From Octopus sinensis (lineage: Eukaryota): a stretch of DNA of 64,000 bases. The notes under the pieces are model-generated. The model saw only the letters and a list, made by a program, of their open reading frames with translations. It did no database searches and was not told the origin of the DNA. The position numbers and the translations under genes are program-made. Numbering within the stretch: position 1 is the first letter of the stretch; each line of letters starts with the position of its first letter. Positions 26,420-40,380 of the stretch are shown here, piece after piece. The stretch spans positions 126,914,001 through 126,978,000 of the forward strand of contig NC_042997.1 of the NCBI RefSeq assembly GCF_006345805.1, given 5' to 3'.

Positions 26420-29232
26420 CTAGCTGAATCACCGCCCTCTGGACTGTCGATTCAGTTAGTACATGTCTAAACCCCTGTTCGTTGTTTGAAAATATAAAGT
26501 GACGCTTACTATAATTTTCTTAAAGTATCTCCTTATAGACAACGTTGTCCGTGTAGATTCCTTTCATATCCTTATACTCTGAGTCCAGAGCCAATATATG
26601 CACATTGTTCCCAGAACCAACCCTGCTGTTGGCAATATAGAACTGGCCATGGTTGAACATAGGTGTTGGCAGGTAAATTCCAACTTTCTCTAAGGTCTGG
26701 CCCTGGGATTTGTTTAATGTCATTCCAAAAACCGGCTTCACAGGAAACTGCTTCCTGACAGTGAGAACGGATAGTCTTAACTGGTGGTCAGTGGAATTCG
26801 TTGTATCATTATTCGGATTCCAGCATGTGTCCCATTGGTCACTTCTGCTTCAATAAGACTGTTGTGCAGATTCAAGACTATCTATCTTGTTCTGTTGCAA
26901 TGACCTTCTGCTGGATCTAGGTTTCTGAGCAGCATAATAGAAGAGTGCTTCTTCAAAACCAAAATGTGTGGTGGAAACCCTGATGGATTGAGATCATTGA
27001 TCAGTTCCATTGATCGTTTCGTGTAAAATCTCACAGCTTCCATAACTTTCACTATCTCCTTGTAGAAGTTTCAACATGACAACTGTATTCACCTCTTCAG
27101 CAACCTTATTTGTAGGAGTAATGATGGCTCTACTGCTCATCCATAGTCCTTATCCATATTTCTCATCAATACTCCTGATGATCACTTCAGAAAGGTCCTT
27201 TAACCTTGTAGAGTCAATCAAATGTAGTGGAGGGATAAATATTTTGTATTCACCAATGTCTTGGTTGATAGGAAATTTTCCATTCCCCAGTTGACCAAAA
27301 TAGGATGCGAAAGCAGTGTTATCACCGCCAGAAGCTTGGACTCTCATGGTGACAGACAACTGCAGGTTTTGGACATGGTTCCAAATATATGACTGTTTTA
27401 ATGTGGCATGAACAACCTGGGCTCTAGAACCTCTTTGCATCACGGGCAAGATCTGCTTCCAGCCTCCAGAAAACAAAACAATCAAACCACCAAACAGCTT
27501 ATGTGGTTCTTGTCTAACTTCTCTGAGACTGTGATCAACACATTCATAGATATGCTTATGGCCCATTGTAACCTCGTCCATAACCAGTAGCTTTGGCTTT
27601 TGGCAAAGTTTTTCTCTGAAATCACTCTATAATTCTCAGTGGAATACTGCATCTGGAGTGCAAAGTTCGCCCATTTTCCAGCAGGATAGCAACAATTCCA
27701 GAGACTGCAGTGGCAAGAGCAATATGACCTTGTGACCGAACTTCAGCAAGAATCAGATTGCTTGTGTCAGTTTTCTCAGAGTTACCACTCGTGTTCAAGC
27801 AAAATGTTTTTCCCTCCTTGTTTATAACTGATCCAACAACTAGCTCAAAGAGATACCTCTGATCAGCATTTAGTGTTGGATATCTCTCGAAAACACAGTC
27901 ACGGACAGCAGCTTTATCAAACTTGAGCTCTTCCTACAGTATCATTGGCAGAACTTCTAGTTCATTTTCAAAATCTGGCTCTGGAAGACCAAGATTTGCC
28001 ATTGTGACTTCTTCTCTGGCCAAACCTACTTTGACGGAAAGCAGGACGTCGTTGTAATGGAATTCTGTTGGTTTTCCTACGTAGTTTTGCCTTTTCTTTT
28101 TGTCACCACACAATGCATCCTTGTAGCTTTCCAATAAACCATTGGTATCAGGTAAGGAGAACAGTACAAAATACACGTCTTAGCTAGTCACTGAAGCAGT
28201 TTGGCTTCATCTAATGTTCTGAAGATTTCGTCATCGTCTTATAAAAGTCCCACGCAACTTGGTAGCTGAAACATAGATCACCATTAACAGCCCGTAAATC
28301 AGCGTATGATTGGGGACCTTTGACATGATGCGGCAATATCCTCATGCAATGCAATTCCTTCTGCCGGATATCGTTAGCGACATTGGGGATGCGACCAATA
28401 CTACTGGTTTTATAGTTTCCATCTTCCGTGATTGCTCCCCTTTTCCTCTTTTGCCACTTCTTCTCTTTTTTATTCCAAGTGTAATACTTCGAGATTTCAG
28501 CATATCGCTTTTCTCTAGCGTCTGAGTCATATTTATTTAATGTGAAAAACTCAGACAAATTTTTTTTTGCTGCAAGCTGAAGTTTTTTAGGCAGCTCATC
28601 ATCAAAAATAAGAGATTGTTGATTTTCCAAATGGCATGAAAGATTTATGACAGTGGGTTGACTGGAATGGATTGAAAATCTGAATATCTTCCAAATTGCC
28701 TCACCAGATGAGATGTATCTGGCATTTTGGTGTCAATTTCGTTGTCAACCACTTTAAAGCTTGAATTGTTAAACTCTCGAAGCATTCCAATAGTTTCATC
28801 AGTACTGCTTGACCTGATTTAAAGATTGACTCTATCAGGCCCTTTAGTGAGGTACTTGAAAAAGTATTTCTCCGCCAGTACAGTGTGCCCAACCTCAACA
28901 TTTAGGTGACAGTTGTATCGGAGAGATAGGAATGGGTTGTATGGTACTATGAAGCTATTATCTACTCCAGTTGGTATCCAAGTAATTCTAGTAATGTGTG
29001 TACTGCCTCCAGAGGTTGGTAACCGATGTCTGTATTCTGGACAGGCATCATCATTCACAAATGTGGTACTTCTGCATTTTTTAGGAAATAATTTGTGCAT
29101 GTTGGTGGATCACCATCCACGCATGGACTATTTGGATTATGGATTTCCCATAATCCGGTTTTTCACAATCTCCAATAGTCCATATTTTTTACGTCTGCTA
29201 TTTCAGAATTCTACGCATGCGTGAAACATCAG
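26420..29232 (-). mobile_element. 5'-truncated Helitron (Rep C-terminal part and Pif1-type helicase) with 3' terminus
   Basis: Rep IVPYNPFLSL.YNCHLNVEV; helicase GHIALATAVSGIVA, MDEVTM, FGGLIVLFSGGWKQILPV, FGMTLNKSQGQTL, HGQFYIANSRV; 7-bp stem CTGAATC/GATTCAG then CTAG|T at 26423-26419. Confidence 0.92.
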
Positions 29233-29632
29233 ACGCAACAATATACACACACGCAACAATATAAACAGGTATAACAATAGCTCCGACGGCCATCGTTATG
29301 AAAATAGGTCCGACAAATTTTATTAGTATCTTAAAAAATACTAATTTTTCAACATTCTAATGGTCAAATTCGTTTAGAGCAATTTAATAACATAAACATT
29401 GCACTTTAAGATAGTGTTTAGCGAGTATGGTGTAATTGTAATTTTCACCGGAGACTAACAATATTTTTATGGTTTTGTTCAAAATGACACCGATAGAGAC
29501 ATTTGAAAGAACGCAATCATTTACGAGAGAGAAAGAAGAGAAGTAGTAAATATGTGTGTTTGTGTGTGTGTGTGTGAGTGTGTGTGAGAGAGAGAGAGTT
29601 ATGAGAGGTAACATTGTATAAGGGAGTGCGTA

Positions 29633-29671
<39 letters not shown>

Positions 29672-29676
29672 ATATA

Positions 29677-29712
<36 letters not shown>

Positions 29713-29718
29713 TGTATG

Positions 29719-29751
<33 letters not shown>

Positions 29752-29753
<2 letters not shown>

Positions 29754-29965
29754 GTAGGAGTGGCTGTGTGGTAAGTAGCTTGCTTGCGAACCACATGGTT
29801 CCAGGTTCAGTCCCACTGCGTGGCGCCTTGGGCAAGTGTCTCGGGCCGACCAAAGCCTTGTGAGTGGATTTGGTAGACGAAACTGAAAGAAGCCCGTCGT
29901 ATATATATATATATATGTCTGTGTGTGTATGTCTGTGTGTCTGCGTTTGTCCCCCCAACATTGGA
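29752..29965 (+). mobile_element. CORE-type SINE
   Basis: GTAGGAGTGGCTGTGTGGTAAG...GGTTCAGTCCC...CCTTGGGCAAGTGTC...AAAGCCTTGTGAGTGG. Confidence 0.85.
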
Positions 29966-30174
29966 GACATGGAAAAGAGCGCAACCGGTTAAAAGAGAGT
30001 GCGTTAAGAGAAGCAGTAAATATGTGTGTTTGTGTGTGTGTGAGTGAGTGAGTGAGTGAGAGAGAGAGAGAGAGAGTAATGTGAGGTAACCACCCCTCAC
30101 ACTACAACTCTCAATAAGAGAAAGAGGTAGTAAGCATGAGGAATAGTAGGAGAGTCATTGAATAGTGAGAAGGG

Positions 30175-30530
30175 TAATTTGTTTTGACGGATTTTACCAG
30201 ATTGGAACAGAACCTGTTAATTTTCGTGAATCTCATATAGATGTTGACACTCTCCGGACACCCACGGTTCCTCATGCCAAATATGGTCAAAATAAATTGA
30301 GCGGAAGCAAAGTGGCCAGAAATTCGGGGATCGGTTTCATATACATTTAGGATTTGAATGAGGTCCTCTCATATTGGAATCGAACCGTTTAATTTTCGGG
30401 AATCCTATATAGATGTTGACACTTTCTTGGTACCCACGGTTCCTCATGCTATGTTTGGTCGAAATAAGTCCAGTGACTGCGGAGGAGTTTGGTAACAAAG
30501 TTTTGACACTGACACAGACACATAGGCGTA
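30175..30530 (+). mobile_element. HINE/Helitron-N-like fragment with two diverged internal units about 180 bp apart
   Basis: AATTTTCG.GAATC..ATATAGATGTTGACACT...CCCACGGTTCCTCATGC repeated; ends GGAGGAGTTT...ACAGACACATA. Confidence 0.45.
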
Positions 30531-30617
30531 AATAGCGCAATTATAGAATAGATAAGTTTTTGCACCCGAAATATGAAGAATTTTTAAAAACTTTCTGCAT
30601 TGTTAAAAGTTTTCCTC

Positions 30618-30648
<31 letters not shown>

Positions 30649-30656
30649 ATATCCTC

Positions 30657-30691
<35 letters not shown>

Positions 30692-30702
30692 ATATATATA
30701 TA

Positions 30703-31075
30703 TTATATAAAGGGCTTAGTAAAATAAATTACTTTGCCGCATACTGAACTCATTAGAAATAGCAGCTAAAAAACTTTTTAAGGCTATTTCTAATACTTAA
30801 AGAAAATCTCTCTCATATATAGTGTTTGCTTAATTCAACTCACAATGAGTTGATTAAGCAAACACTATATATGAGAGAGATTTTCTTTATATTAGAAATA
30901 GCCTTAAAAAAGTTTTTTAGCTGCTATTTCTAATGAGTTCAGTATGCGGCAAAGTAATTTATTTTACTAAGCCTTTTATATAATGTAATAATTTGAATTC
31001 GCCTTGAATGGTCCCTTTGCATACTGAACACTTGGTGAAATGATTAATATTAATTAATTTTGCCCTCAATTGTTG

Positions 31076-31078
<3 letters not shown>
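30703..31078. repeat. Palindromic interspersed repeat (about 140-bp arms plus about 95-bp tail), copy 1
   Basis: Inverted arms centred near 30842; homologous to 60638-61023. Confidence 0.9.
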
Positions 31079-31135
<57 letters not shown>

Positions 31136-31152
31136 TGTATGTATGCATATGT

Positions 31153-31184
<32 letters not shown>

Positions 31185-31439
31185 GTGTGTGTGTGTATGT
31201 ACAATTGAACACAACAAAAAGAAATTCCCTTTTCTATACATACTAATCAAAAAATTTAATGAAAAAAATATAAACCAACAAATTTTACAAAACTACAGAC
31301 TCGAAACAATATTTATTATTTAGCTCATGACACTTTAGAATATTAAAATGAATATATCATTCAATCTTGCAAGGAAAATCTGCACTGTAATGTCGAAAAA
31401 AAAAAGCATCTGAGAACTCAGACTACAAGAACTTTAAAA

Positions 31440-32050
31440 CATACCAGTCGATTGACACTATCCAAATTCTCTTATAGATGATGGGATAAAACGTGCTAAA
31501 AAATTAATATACAAACACTAAGAGCGGTCAAACAAAACAAACCACCCACTATAAAAACATTACCTTAGATTTCCAAATACAACCTCTGAAACAACGAAGC
31601 ATATAACATTATTTCCAATACTACATAAGGACCCTAAGCTGCATGAAATCTTACGCAACCATAAAATTATTAAAAGCAACAAACAGCCATAACCACAAAT
31701 GCAAAACCATGCTAAAAAATAACGAAAGCAAGAGTTTGAAAAATGTGGACGACCGAATTGTGGAACATGTCCCAACATAATGAAAGGCTCAGAATTTCAT
31801 TTTAAACAAGTACAGAAATTTGAAATTAAAACTGACTTCACTTGCGCCTCTGAAAATCTCATCTACTTCATAACATGTTCTGGCTGCAGTAAGAACTATA
31901 TCGGCTCAAGAGGAATATCTATCAGACGTAGATCTACAGTATACAGACAACAAATCTACCACCCCAATACCGTAAAATACCACTCAGTGTCACATAGACG
32001 GATGTCCTAAGAAAAGCCAACCACAATTCACAATATTGCCACTATACCGA
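31440..32050 (+). mobile_element. Penelope-like (Neptune-type) GIY-YIG endonuclease remnant
   Basis: KCGRPNCGTC...FTCASENLIYFITCSGCSKNYIG. Confidence 0.8.
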
Positions 32051-32532
32051 TGCACGGGAAGGAGCAAAAGAATAAAGATATGGAAAGAAAGAAGAAAAGA
32101 AGCATAAAAGTTCATAAGTTCAACTTTTCGAATTTATAGAAGCAAGAGCATGAGTTCTTAGGTGCAATCCTGCGTAGATCTATGGGTTAAAAGACTGATA
32201 TAGTATACATCCAGAGAAAGACACGAACATATCAACGTTCAACAACAGAGTGGTAGCGAAGGTGGTCAAAGGAAAGAAAAGGAAATAAATAGAAAGTGAG
32301 GTAGAGTGAGGGGGTGGATTTTAAGGATTGGCTATAGGATAAAGTGCGGTGCATAGGTGTATGGTGTCTAAGAATTGTGTACGGGGTAGCCGAGAAGATA
32401 AGAGAGAGGATGAGGAGGGTTAAAAAAATAAAGCAAACTGAAAGAAATTTAGAGAGTAGTAGATGACCAATTTGTTAATAGGAAATAATTATTAACTTCC
32501 ACTCTCCATTTTCTATTCTTCTTTTAACTGTA

Positions 32533-32653
<121 letters not shown>

Positions 32654-32660
32654 CATATAC

Positions 32661-32730
<70 letters not shown>

Positions 32731-33603
32731 GTGTGTGTGTATGTATGTGTGTATGCGCGCGTACATGTGTTTGTGTGTGTACGTACGTACGTACTACTAC
32801 TACTACTGCAAATAATAATATTAATAAGAAGAAGAACAACAACAATGATAATAACAATGATAATGATAATGATAATTTTCTTATCTGGGTGATGGAAGGG
32901 CGGTGAACAGTTGGAAGCGTCGTTCGCTATGAATTTATGATTCGACTAAATGTATGTTTATAACATCTGCCTATAACATATAAGATTCTTATTAGTTGAT
33001 GTAGGAAATTGGTTATCATTAACTTTCACACACACACACACACACACACACATACATACATAAATGTCGAATAGCAAGAACGAGTGCTCAACACTGCATT
33101 GATGGATAAAGCTTCTTTATTTGTGTATTAAGGCTACTTGATATTAAGGTTTCATGTTAAGAAAAATATCTTTATATCTTAACAACTTTTCAAGCTGATC
33201 GCATGGTGGAATGCTGTTCGTGGATGAGAACATTGCACGTCACTTGAAATGTCTCGGGTGTTCACAAAAGGTCTCGTAAGAAAGCAATGAATCAAGGTGC
33301 ACTATTCTTAGATGACACCTTTTGAGCGATTATCTCACTTGGGTTTGGCTTTTGGGGGAAAAACATCGTGTTGGACAATGAAATTTATTTGCATTATATT
33401 CTGGTATATGTGATGTTTGTGTCTTTGTATGCTGAGGGAGTTCATTGGGTGACATGTTTCATCTATGTGTGAATTTCGTGTGTTGTATATATTCTATGTC
33501 CATGTTCAGGGAAGGAAACTACGCTGGTCGAGTTGGAGGTGCGGATGGTGGATCCTCTTTGAAGTGTCATAGTGTGAAATATTGTTTGTGCAGGGAGAGG
33601 TTT

Positions 33604-33653
<50 letters not shown>

Positions 33654-33929
33654 ACACCCACCCACACACACACACACACAAATAAACACAAACACACACA
33701 CACAGACTTATATATATACTTTCACAAATACAACAGTAGAAAGAAGAAGAAAGAAGACATGCACCCAACACCAGAGCTGAAGACACCTCCGAAAGGGGGG
33801 ACCCCGCCACGTCAAAACGGTAGAGGAGTAGGGGCTGAAACCGGACGTGGCTCCTCCTGATGATGTCTTGAGCTAACTGGATCCTATAAAGGAGCTGTTG
33901 TGGTAGCAGACCATGAAACACGGTTGTAT

Positions 33930-35012
33930 TTCCTCCAGGCTGAATATGGCGATTTTTACACCACCTTTCTTTCTGGAACAGCTTGCTGTATTAGTGAACA
34001 GTCAGTAGCATTGGAGAGCACAAAGATTAAATTTGTAGTCGAGAAAAAGTTAGCCAGCATGGAGAGCTGGAAGCCGCATGGATAGTGGAAAAGAGTTACC
34101 TGTGCCCTGATGATTCGCACCAGATATCAACATCCCGACATCGTGACTGCTGCTCAGTACTCTGTGAAAACTGTAAAGGCTGAAAGATGTGACTTTGAAA
34201 ATTGCAACGAAGGCTATGGAGCCATAGTCAGAGAAAGGGACTCTGTAGGCGGTTTGACTGCGTCTGGCACTCTGGAATTCATCCAACAAATGCAGGACAA
34301 GTTAGTGGAAGACCCAAGCAAAGGAATTCGGTTTTTGGTAAGAGAGATGGCTGTCGGAGTCGCTATCTTGAAGCTGGTCTTCAATGGAGACCTTCAACAC
34401 AACACGTAGAAGAGGTGCAAGTGACAAAGACTGACAGCTACTGCAAAAGAGGAACACTTGACGCTTCTAAATAAGCTGAGACATCCTGTTGAACCGGGAT
34501 GACCTGGTCCTTAGATGGAAAAGGCTTCTGCCAGGACCAATTATACAACGCCCAAAACGACAGGCGACTTGCCTGTAACCCATGTAATATCCCTTGTATC
34601 TTGAAAAGTTAGTTCCCCCAAACTGTAAATCACGCTCAGTTCAGACAGCTATGTGAAGCTGATGGCGACTGTGGTTAAATCTTGCTCGAAGATGGTTGCT
34701 GCTGGAAGGTCACATGCGTAGCAGCAAGATTCGGCTCCTTGGCATACTTCTGGAAAGAGTTAAAACTGATTGAAGAATTTCCCAACTTCATCATCCCCAA
34801 TTTCTGGCTTGCTTCTGCTGTCGATTGTAATACCATAGATTAATATGTGTAGGACTGAGTGGCTCAAATGTTAGAGGCATCAACTGCACTGCTTGCAGCA
34901 TAATCCGCTTGATATTTCTGATTACAAGAAACTTTTATTTTTTATCTTTGAATGATATATTGTAATTTCGGTTCCTTTTACGCAAACTGCTAAATTTAGC
35001 CCGGACACCCTG
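33930..35012 (+). mobile_element. Degraded maT/DD37D-like transposon, same family as 6092-7022
   Basis: Homology to 6265-6500; motifs resembling DEKxFCQDQ, QQDSAPWHTS and PNFW; right TIR AAATTTAGCCCGGACACCCTG followed by TA. Confidence 0.75.
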
Positions 35013-35034
35013 TACACAGACACAGACACACACA

Positions 35035-35070
<36 letters not shown>

Positions 35071-35079
35071 ACACACGTG

Positions 35080-35275
35080 TATATATATTGAGAAAATAAA
35101 AATAAACGACGAACAAACACAAAAAAACCAACAATGCAAGGACTTGGCATACGTAAAGTATTAGCAGACGCTCAGGGAAAGAAAAAAAGGTGGTTTTGCG
35201 TTTCGAGCAAAGCTCTTCTTCAGAAACAGGAGACAGCGGAAAGTCCAATAGAAAAGGAAGACGGGGCTACATTTT
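35080..35275 (-). mobile_element. Penelope-like 3' tail with hammerhead-like motif (intact CUGAAGA, mutated triplet)
   Basis: Minus strand GTTT-CTGAAGA-A-GAGC-ttt-GCTC-GAAA-CGC-A-AAAC at 35193-35227. Confidence 0.65.
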
Positions 35276-35942
35276 TTATATATATGTAAGATGACCAATT
35301 TGTTAATTAGAAAGAATTATTTATTTCTACTCTCCATTTTCTTTTCTTCTTTTAACTGTATATATATGTATGTATATATGTATTATGTGTGTGTGTGCGC
35401 GCGTTCATATGTTTTTGTGTACATGTACTACTAATACTACTGCTGCTGCTGCTGATACTACATGTTTTCCCATCTTAACTCTTTTAATCTAAAGTTGGTT
35501 AAGGGCACCAAGTAACATTATTTCTCTCTGCCGAGAGGTGCGGTGTGAAACAGCCACTTTGTAAATAACCAGACAAACTATTACAGAATATAAATTCTTC
35601 AAGATTGATGAAGTTTGTAACTTCAGTGAAATTATAGTTACAGAATAATATTAAACGCAATAAAACGAAATTTTTGAGATTTTTTTAATACTAAAAAGTA
35701 TGAAAAACTTTACGATGTGCCTCTGCAATTCGGTCACTGGTTCTATTTTACTAAATCAGTTATTAGTAATATTTTAAGAAACCCCCCGGGGATTTATTAT
35801 TATTAATGCCACATTTTTTTTATTGTTTTGTCAATTTCATAATTATGGTCTACTTTTTAATCAGAGAAGTGGTTAATGGAATTTATATGGCAATTTGATA
35901 TATAGCGTAATTCTTTTTATGGTTAGACCAGCTGCCCATTTA

Positions 35943-36005
<63 letters not shown>

Positions 36006-36109
36006 AGGGGTGTTATTGGTTGCGGAGTCAATTTCTCTGGTGTTCCATCTTATCGACTTACTCACTATACCTTTTCCAAATCGATTCTTTCATTCATTCC
36101 TTTGCAAAA

Positions 36110-36395
<286 letters not shown>

Positions 36396-36600
36396 ATTTT
36401 CTTATCTGGGTGATGGGAGGGCGGTGAACAGTTGGAAGCGCCGTCCGCTATGAATTTATGATTCGACTAAATGTATGTTTATAACATCTGCCTATAACAT
36501 ATAAGATTCTTATTAGTTGATGTAGGGAATTGGTTATCCATTAACTTTCACACACACACACACACACCCACATACACATACACACACACTCACTCACACA

Positions 36601-36660
<60 letters not shown>

Positions 36661-37116
36661 ATATATATACATTACATACATATAAGAGGGATGACCAACA
36701 AGTGAACATGAAAATTTAGCAAATTTTCTTCAGAACAATCCTTTCTTAGTGGTAAGACCATAGGGGGTCTACTTCTAGCATAATGAATGTCCACTTAGTG
36801 GTCATCACTCTTATATGTATGTAATACATATTCGGTTCCTTGGCATACTTCCGGAGAGTCAAAATTGTTTCAAGAATTTCACAATTTCACCATCCCCAAT
36901 TTCTGGCTTCCTTCTGCTGTCGATTGTAATACCATGGATTAATATGTGTAGGACTGAGGGGCTCGATTTGACGCTCAGGGAAGGAAAGAAAGGTGAGTTT
37001 ACGTTTCGAGCAAAGCGCTTCAGAAACAGAAGACATAGGAAAGTTCAATACAAAAGGAAGGCGGAGGAAACAAACGCCAACGATTTACATGTGGTTACAT
37101 TTTGTATATATATATA

Positions 37117-37163
<47 letters not shown>

Positions 37164-37168
<5 letters not shown>

Positions 37169-37277
37169 ATAGAAGGAGCTTCTACAGGACTAGAACTGTT
37201 TCATTCAAATGAAATCTTCAGGAAGATTTCATTTGAATAAAACAGTTCTAGTCCTGTAGAAGCTCCTTCTATAAAAT
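37164..37277. repeat. Near-perfect palindrome, 56-bp arms, 2-nt spacer
   Basis: 37164-37219 vs 37222-37277, one mismatch (37202/37239). Confidence 0.95.
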
Positions 37278-37358
37278 AAATTAATTTACTCGCTATGTAT
37301 TGAGTACCTTATTTACTGTGGTTAACCCCGACTCAACCGGGGACCTACATTATACTAT

Positions 37359-37412
<54 letters not shown>

Positions 37413-37479
37413 ATATATATATATATATATTATATATATATATATGTATATATATATATGTATATTATATATATATATA

Positions 37480-37554
<75 letters not shown>

Positions 37555-37556
<2 letters not shown>

Positions 37557-37720
37557 GAGAATTTACAAAAGAAAAAAGACGAAGACGAGTGTGTAAACAA
37601 AAACAGATGTATTAGCTCGAGAAAGTCTTTTACGTTTCGAGCCTACGCTCTTCGACGGAAAGGAACACAGAACAAGGAGAGAAAAATAAAAAAAAAGCTT
37701 TAGTGGCTAGCGATCTATCT
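37555..37720 (-). mobile_element. Penelope-like 3' tail with hammerhead-like motif
   Basis: Minus strand CTTT-CCGTCGA-A-GAGC-gtag-GCTC-GAAA-CGT-A-AAAG at 37627-37662. Confidence 0.7.
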
Positions 37721-37724
37721 TATG

Positions 37725-37755
<31 letters not shown>

Positions 37756-38242
37756 TATGAAGAAACAATTCAAAAAACGAATAACAACGAAACGAGAAAA
37801 ACGATAAGAGAAAAAACAAACAAACGTGAGGACGTGCATAAGAATTATATTAGTTTGACGGTCGGTTCCAACTAAGGGTGGATGCTACTGTAGCTTGTAG
37901 CCGCAGGAGAACATCTCCAGTTGGCTATTGACACTTTGTACCTCGTTCAGAGATTTATTATTGCTTTTATATATATATATATATCCACATATATATATAT
38001 GTGTGTGTATATATACATCCACACATATACGTTTATAGTGACATCTAAAAATATATATGTATATGTATAATCATCAGTCTAAAGAATTCTGATTTAACGG
38101 AATTGAGTTTTAATGGAATTCACAAATAATAAGACATATTGATATTTGATGACTAAATAATTAAAAAGTTTGGTACTTTTTAACCGTTAAGTTAGTGGGA
38201 CATAAACGAACCAGCGTCGGTAGTCAAGCAGTGTATATGTAT

Positions 38243-38290
<48 letters not shown>

Positions 38291-38349
38291 AGAGAGGGAG
38301 ACTGACAGACAGACAGACACACACATACACACATAAATATTTAAGACTA

Positions 38350-38505
38350 GCTTCCACGTAGTTTTCGCCTTTCAAATTAATTCAGAAAGCGTTGGTCAAC
38401 GTCGGGCTATAGTAGAAGACACTTACCAAGGATGCCGTGCCGTGGGAATGAGCCCGAAACCATGTGGCTGCATAGCGAGCTTCCCAATCATACGCCCATG
38501 CCTAC
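38350..38505 (-). mobile_element. Old CORE-type SINE
   Basis: GGGCTATAGTAGAAGACACTTACCAAGG on plus strand; eroded tRNA head. Confidence 0.6.
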
Positions 38506-39227
38506 ACCTTTACATATATTTCTATAGCGCAGCAAATGCGTGTATGTGTGTTAGAGTGATTGTGTGTGTCTATGTATGTATTTGCATGTATGCACGTATG
38601 AAGACGGACAGTCATGCGCAATTCATATGGTTTTGCTTTGAGTGGCGTGGACTGGCTTTGAGTCTCGGCCTGCTCCAAAATATGCAGCTGCTTATATAAA
38701 GATACTCTATTTCTGTGGTTATTTTCAATTTTGATTTTTAAAATTTTGCAATCCTTGTAATTCAAAATGGCTTCAAGTGACTGAAAGTTAAAAGAGAATG
38801 TGTGAACTTAAATGTGACTGAGAAATTAGAGGTAATTGATAAATTAGAAGAAGATGTCTCAACAGCACGCGTCTATAAAATTTATAGCGTAAAAAAACAC
38901 ACACCAAACAAAGACAAAAACAGGACAAACAGTAAAACCAAACAAACTGTTTCTGATATCGAAGACCAAATTGAAACAATTTTCTGCAAAGAAGAGTAGA
39001 AAGCACTTGAAAGTTGGACAAGATTAAAGCATAGAAGTTGTGTATTTGTGATGTGTCCAAGAAAAATGTGACTCTGGTAGAATACGAAACCTTGTGTTGA
39101 AACCTGCATGTGGAGCTCTAAGAAAACATGTGAGGCCCATTGTTAAAGTACATGAACAGGAACCTCTGTGGTGAATCTTTAAGGAAAGAGGGCAAACTCT
39201 TCAAAACTTGAATGAACTATTTACTCT

Positions 39228-39446
39228 TTTACTCTTTTACTCTCTTTTACTTGTTTCAGTCATTTGACTGTGGCCATGCTGGAGCATCACCTTTAGTCGA
39301 GCAAATCGACCCCAGAAACTATTCTTTGTAAGCCTAGTACTTATTCTATCGGTCTCTTTTGCCGAACCGCTAAGTTACAGGGGACATAAACACACCAGCA
39401 TCGGTTGTCAAGCGATGTTGGGGGGGACGCATACACACAAACATAT

Positions 39447-39495
<49 letters not shown>

Positions 39496-39660
39496 TACGA
39501 CGAGCTTCTTTCAGTTTCCGTCTACCAAATCTAATAAGGCTTTGGTCGGCCCGAGGCTATAGTAGAAGACACTTGCCTAAGGTGCTACGCCGCAGTGGGA
39601 CTGAACCCGGAACCATGTGGTTGGTGAGCAAGCTACTTACCACACAGCCACTCCTATGCC
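39228..39660 (-). mobile_element. Full-length CORE-type SINE
   Basis: tRNA head, CORE, microsatellite linker, 3' segment and (GAGTAAAA)n tail. Confidence 0.85.
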
Positions 39661-39964
39661 TATATTTGCAAGATTTATAAACGGACTTTTTAGATCTGAA
39701 GACTTTATTTTCCTACAGGTCTACAATTATAATGAAACAAGAACATTAATTTCAGGGCCGCTATAACGTGATCTACCAAGGCGGTCGTGAAAATACGCTG
39801 GTTTACAAACATGAACATAATACCCACTAATTGCAAAGTACAAATTTCTGCTTCATTACTTGCTAATGACGAGAGCTTGCATCGACTGAATCCCATGGTT
39901 GTAGGAAAATCAACAGAAGTATGAACTACAAAAATATTAAGCATTTCTTACATTTAACACATGT

Positions 39965-40380
39965 TTTTACTCTTTTACTTTTTTACTTGTTTCAGTCATT
40001 TGACTGTGGCCATGCTGGAGCACCGCCTTTAGTGGAGCAATTTGACCCGGGACTTATTCTTTGCAAGCCTAGTACTTATTCTACCGGTCACTTTTGCCGA
40101 GCCGCTAAGTTATGGAACGTAAACACATAACCATCGGTTGTCAAGCGATGTTGGGGGACAAACACAGACGCATAAATATAGATATACACACACACACATA
40201 TATACATATATACGACGGGCTTCTTTCAGTTTCTGTCTTCCAACTCCATTCACAAAGCTTTGGTCGGCCCGAGGCTATAGTAGAAGACACTTGCCTAAGG
40301 TGCTACGCAGTGGGACTGAACCCGGAACCATGTGGTTCATAAGCAAGCTACTTACCACACAACCACTACTACGCCTATAT
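39965..40380 (-). mobile_element. Full-length CORE-type SINE
   Basis: Same structure as 39228-39660. Confidence 0.85.

Noticed and set aside
33200-33480. Possible additional mariner remnant on the minus strand
   Set aside because: Only weak motif resemblance and no TIR.
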